Shown here: piece after piece, positions 62,090-64,000 of the stretch | How the letters are laid out: every line of letters begins with the position of its first letter | Position numbering within the stretch: the first letter of the stretch is position 1 | NCBI RefSeq assembly: GCF_030265065.1 | Contig: NC_080408.1 | Coordinates: 22,727,480 to 22,791,479 of the forward strand | DNA: 64,000 bases | Source: Corythoichthys intestinalis | Taxonomy: Eukaryota | Direction of reading: 5' to 3' | The notes under the pieces: generated by a model | What the model was told of the DNA's origin: nothing | What the model saw: only the letters and a program-made list of their open reading frames with translations | Databases searched by the model: none | Translations under genes and position numbers: made by a program

Positions 62090-62408
62090 TACAAGTTATA
62101 GAAATTTTATATTAAAACCCCTTTTAATATATTCGTTTAAATAAAATTTGTAAAATTTTCAATCAAAATATAAACTGGTAGCCCGCCATTTTTGATGTCA
62201 ATAATTACACAATGCTCATGGGTCACACCCAAGCACCAGCCTAGGGCGACAAAACTCCAAAAAACACAACAAGTGGAGATTACACTGTACTGTCATTTCA
62301 ATCTGATTGAGCGGGGCATGTGCGTTAATTGCGTCAAAAATTTTAACGTGATTAATTTAAAAAATTAATTACCGCCCGTTAACGCGATTATTTTGACAGC
62401 CCTAATAA
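62090..62408 (+). mobile_element. MITE family M1, right-half copy
   Basis: Ends ...ccgcccgttaacgcgattattttgacagcccta. Aligns to 22450-22772. Confidence 0.6.
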
Positions 62409-62564
62409 TCATACATTGAAAATGGAGCGTTTTTTTTTTTGTGTCCCATCACTGTTAAGGGGAATTCTAAATCAGGCTAAATCAGACAGCTATGCTTTTG
62501 GTCAAGGACGTCTTCCATTGAATATGGTACGCCCGGTCGTGGCTCTGTTGTACAACTAGCGTCT

Positions 62565-62900
62565 TTAGTAGGACCAACTGAAACTCCGCTCACCATTTTG
62601 GCGGTGTTTCATGGTCCACATCTTCAATCCTTGGTTCTCGCTCAGTAGTTGTCGCTTTTGAAAGCTTAGGTTTGGGGGAAAAAAAATTATGTATATCCAT
62701 CTTGTTTCTTCGGTCCTCAGGTTTTGGCTGAGCAAAGCAAATGTCACTCTCTAAGGTGACATGATCAGTTCGAAAAAATTTTTTGACCCATTATAAAAAT
62801 ATTATTTGTCCATTTCATGATTTGTGTTATTGCTTTACGACTTTTATAGGCAATATTTTACTGGCAAAGTCTTAATTTTAAATTTATACACTGGAAAGTT
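62565..62900 (+). repeat. interspersed repeat family R2, uninterrupted copy
   Basis: Aligns to 8600-8912 plus 12211-12300. Confidence 0.6.
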
Positions 62901-64000
62901 AATTACAATTTTTTCCCCCTTAATCTTAGCGAATGGTTAAAAGCGGCGAGTACTCACAATTTTTTTGGTCTTTTATTACCTTTTAATTGCCTCAAAATAC
63001 TTTTTGCATGTATTTCCCTGTCATACCGTTAAGCAGAGTGTTGATCTGTTGACCACATTAGTCATGTAGCGTATTTAAATCACCCTTATTTGATATTGCG
63101 TTGTTATTTTCTAAGGCATTTTCAGTACATTCTGCCTGTATGCATCTAAACAAAACAGGTTGAAAGCACACGGTAGTACTTTAGGTGTCAAATTGGCCGC
63201 TTGTAGCACATTTCGCCGATGTAGGACATTTTGGCAGAACACCGGTTTAGACTGGGCCACATTATTGACACACCTGATTGGTTGGTGTGGTTGAACTGTT
63301 GTTGTCGGCAGAAAACATGGCTGGTGATGACCCCCCCACCCCCCCCCCCCGCTATTAGCTGCTAATGTTTTGTACATTAGTTACAAAAACTGTTAAAAAA
63401 AAAAAAAAACTCGCAGGCTTAAATAAACGGCTATTTCAGTATCAAGTTAACAGTTAAAAACAAATAATATACTCAAATCCCCATCCTGTATCAGCAGCTT
63501 TAAACTACATTCAATTCATTTAATGTTGTCAATCAACCGTTAAAGTTGTTAAAATTGCTCCTGTTATTCCATAATTTCCCTTTTGTCTACTTTCGACATG
63601 TGAAAGTTTAAAACTATTTTAAAGCTAGATTAAAGTCAATATTTTACCAATTTAGGAGTATTTTAGATAAAAAGTTAATTAGGTTCGCTTGGAAGGTTCG
63701 CTACAACAGCCTTGCAGGGAAGTCTACTGCTTTAAGATCTAGCTTTCTCTATATGTGCTGCTACTGCCACCGAGTCTATTCTGCATCTAGTCCTATATAA
63801 ATATATCTACCTTAACATTATGTATTGTGGACGTACTTTGTAGCAGCTTTCGGCAGCAGTCAGGTATGTTTTTTTTTTTTTTTTTTTTTAATCTCGCGGC
63901 ATGAGTTGAGCTAGAGCCGTGAGTTGAGCATTGGCATTACCCGAGGGGCCGGGTAATGACAAGCATGATGTTTAGCTACTCTCGCTCCATTCCTCATTGC

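Overview
This window is vertebrate (teleost-fish-like) nuclear DNA, not prokaryotic: it has spliced GT-AG genes, many Tc1/mariner and hAT-type transposons, MITEs, a tRNA-derived SINE and microsatellites. One host gene fills most of it: a complete amphiphysin (amph) locus on the + strand, with the CDS running from the ATG at 7836 to the stop at 56331 in 21 exons. It encodes the N-BAR region (exons 1-9), a proline-rich and clathrin/AP-2-binding linker (LLDLD clathrin box, PWDxW W-box), a large variable acidic region and the C-terminal SH3 (exons 20-21). Protein identity rests on clear collinearity with human AMPH as I recall it ([40 protein letters not shown]..., ...SDSGPLR..., LLDLDFD, PWDxW, VIPSVVIEPAS, VETxHDFEAANSDEL..., GLFPENFT). 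Exon coordinates and phases were derived by hand from splice consensus and frame continuity, and every junction closes in frame.

The most unusual feature is a 1344-bp single exon (44380..45723) whose centre is a coding minisatellite: about 11-12 tandem ~14-aa units, each with a DPF (once NPF) endocytic adaptor-binding motif.

The introns are mostly nested transposon insertions: at least five Tc1-like families (one copy nearly intact, two copies rearranged into foldback/inverted structures), a Buster-like non-autonomous hAT element with perfect 8-bp TSDs, a 2-kb foldback element, several MITE families with TAGGGCTG... TIRs, and a ~4-kb TIR-bounded insertion that makes up 96% of intron 3. The gene is flanked on both sides, in inverted orientation, by two copies of a 1.4-kb TIR-bounded element that carries a THAP zinc-finger first exon and, on the opposite strand, a remnant Buster-type transposase N-terminus. 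Three perfect CRE palindromes (TGACGTCA) cluster in intron 1 just downstream of the first exon. There are no rRNA, tRNA or CRISPR features and nothing resembling a prokaryotic defence system.
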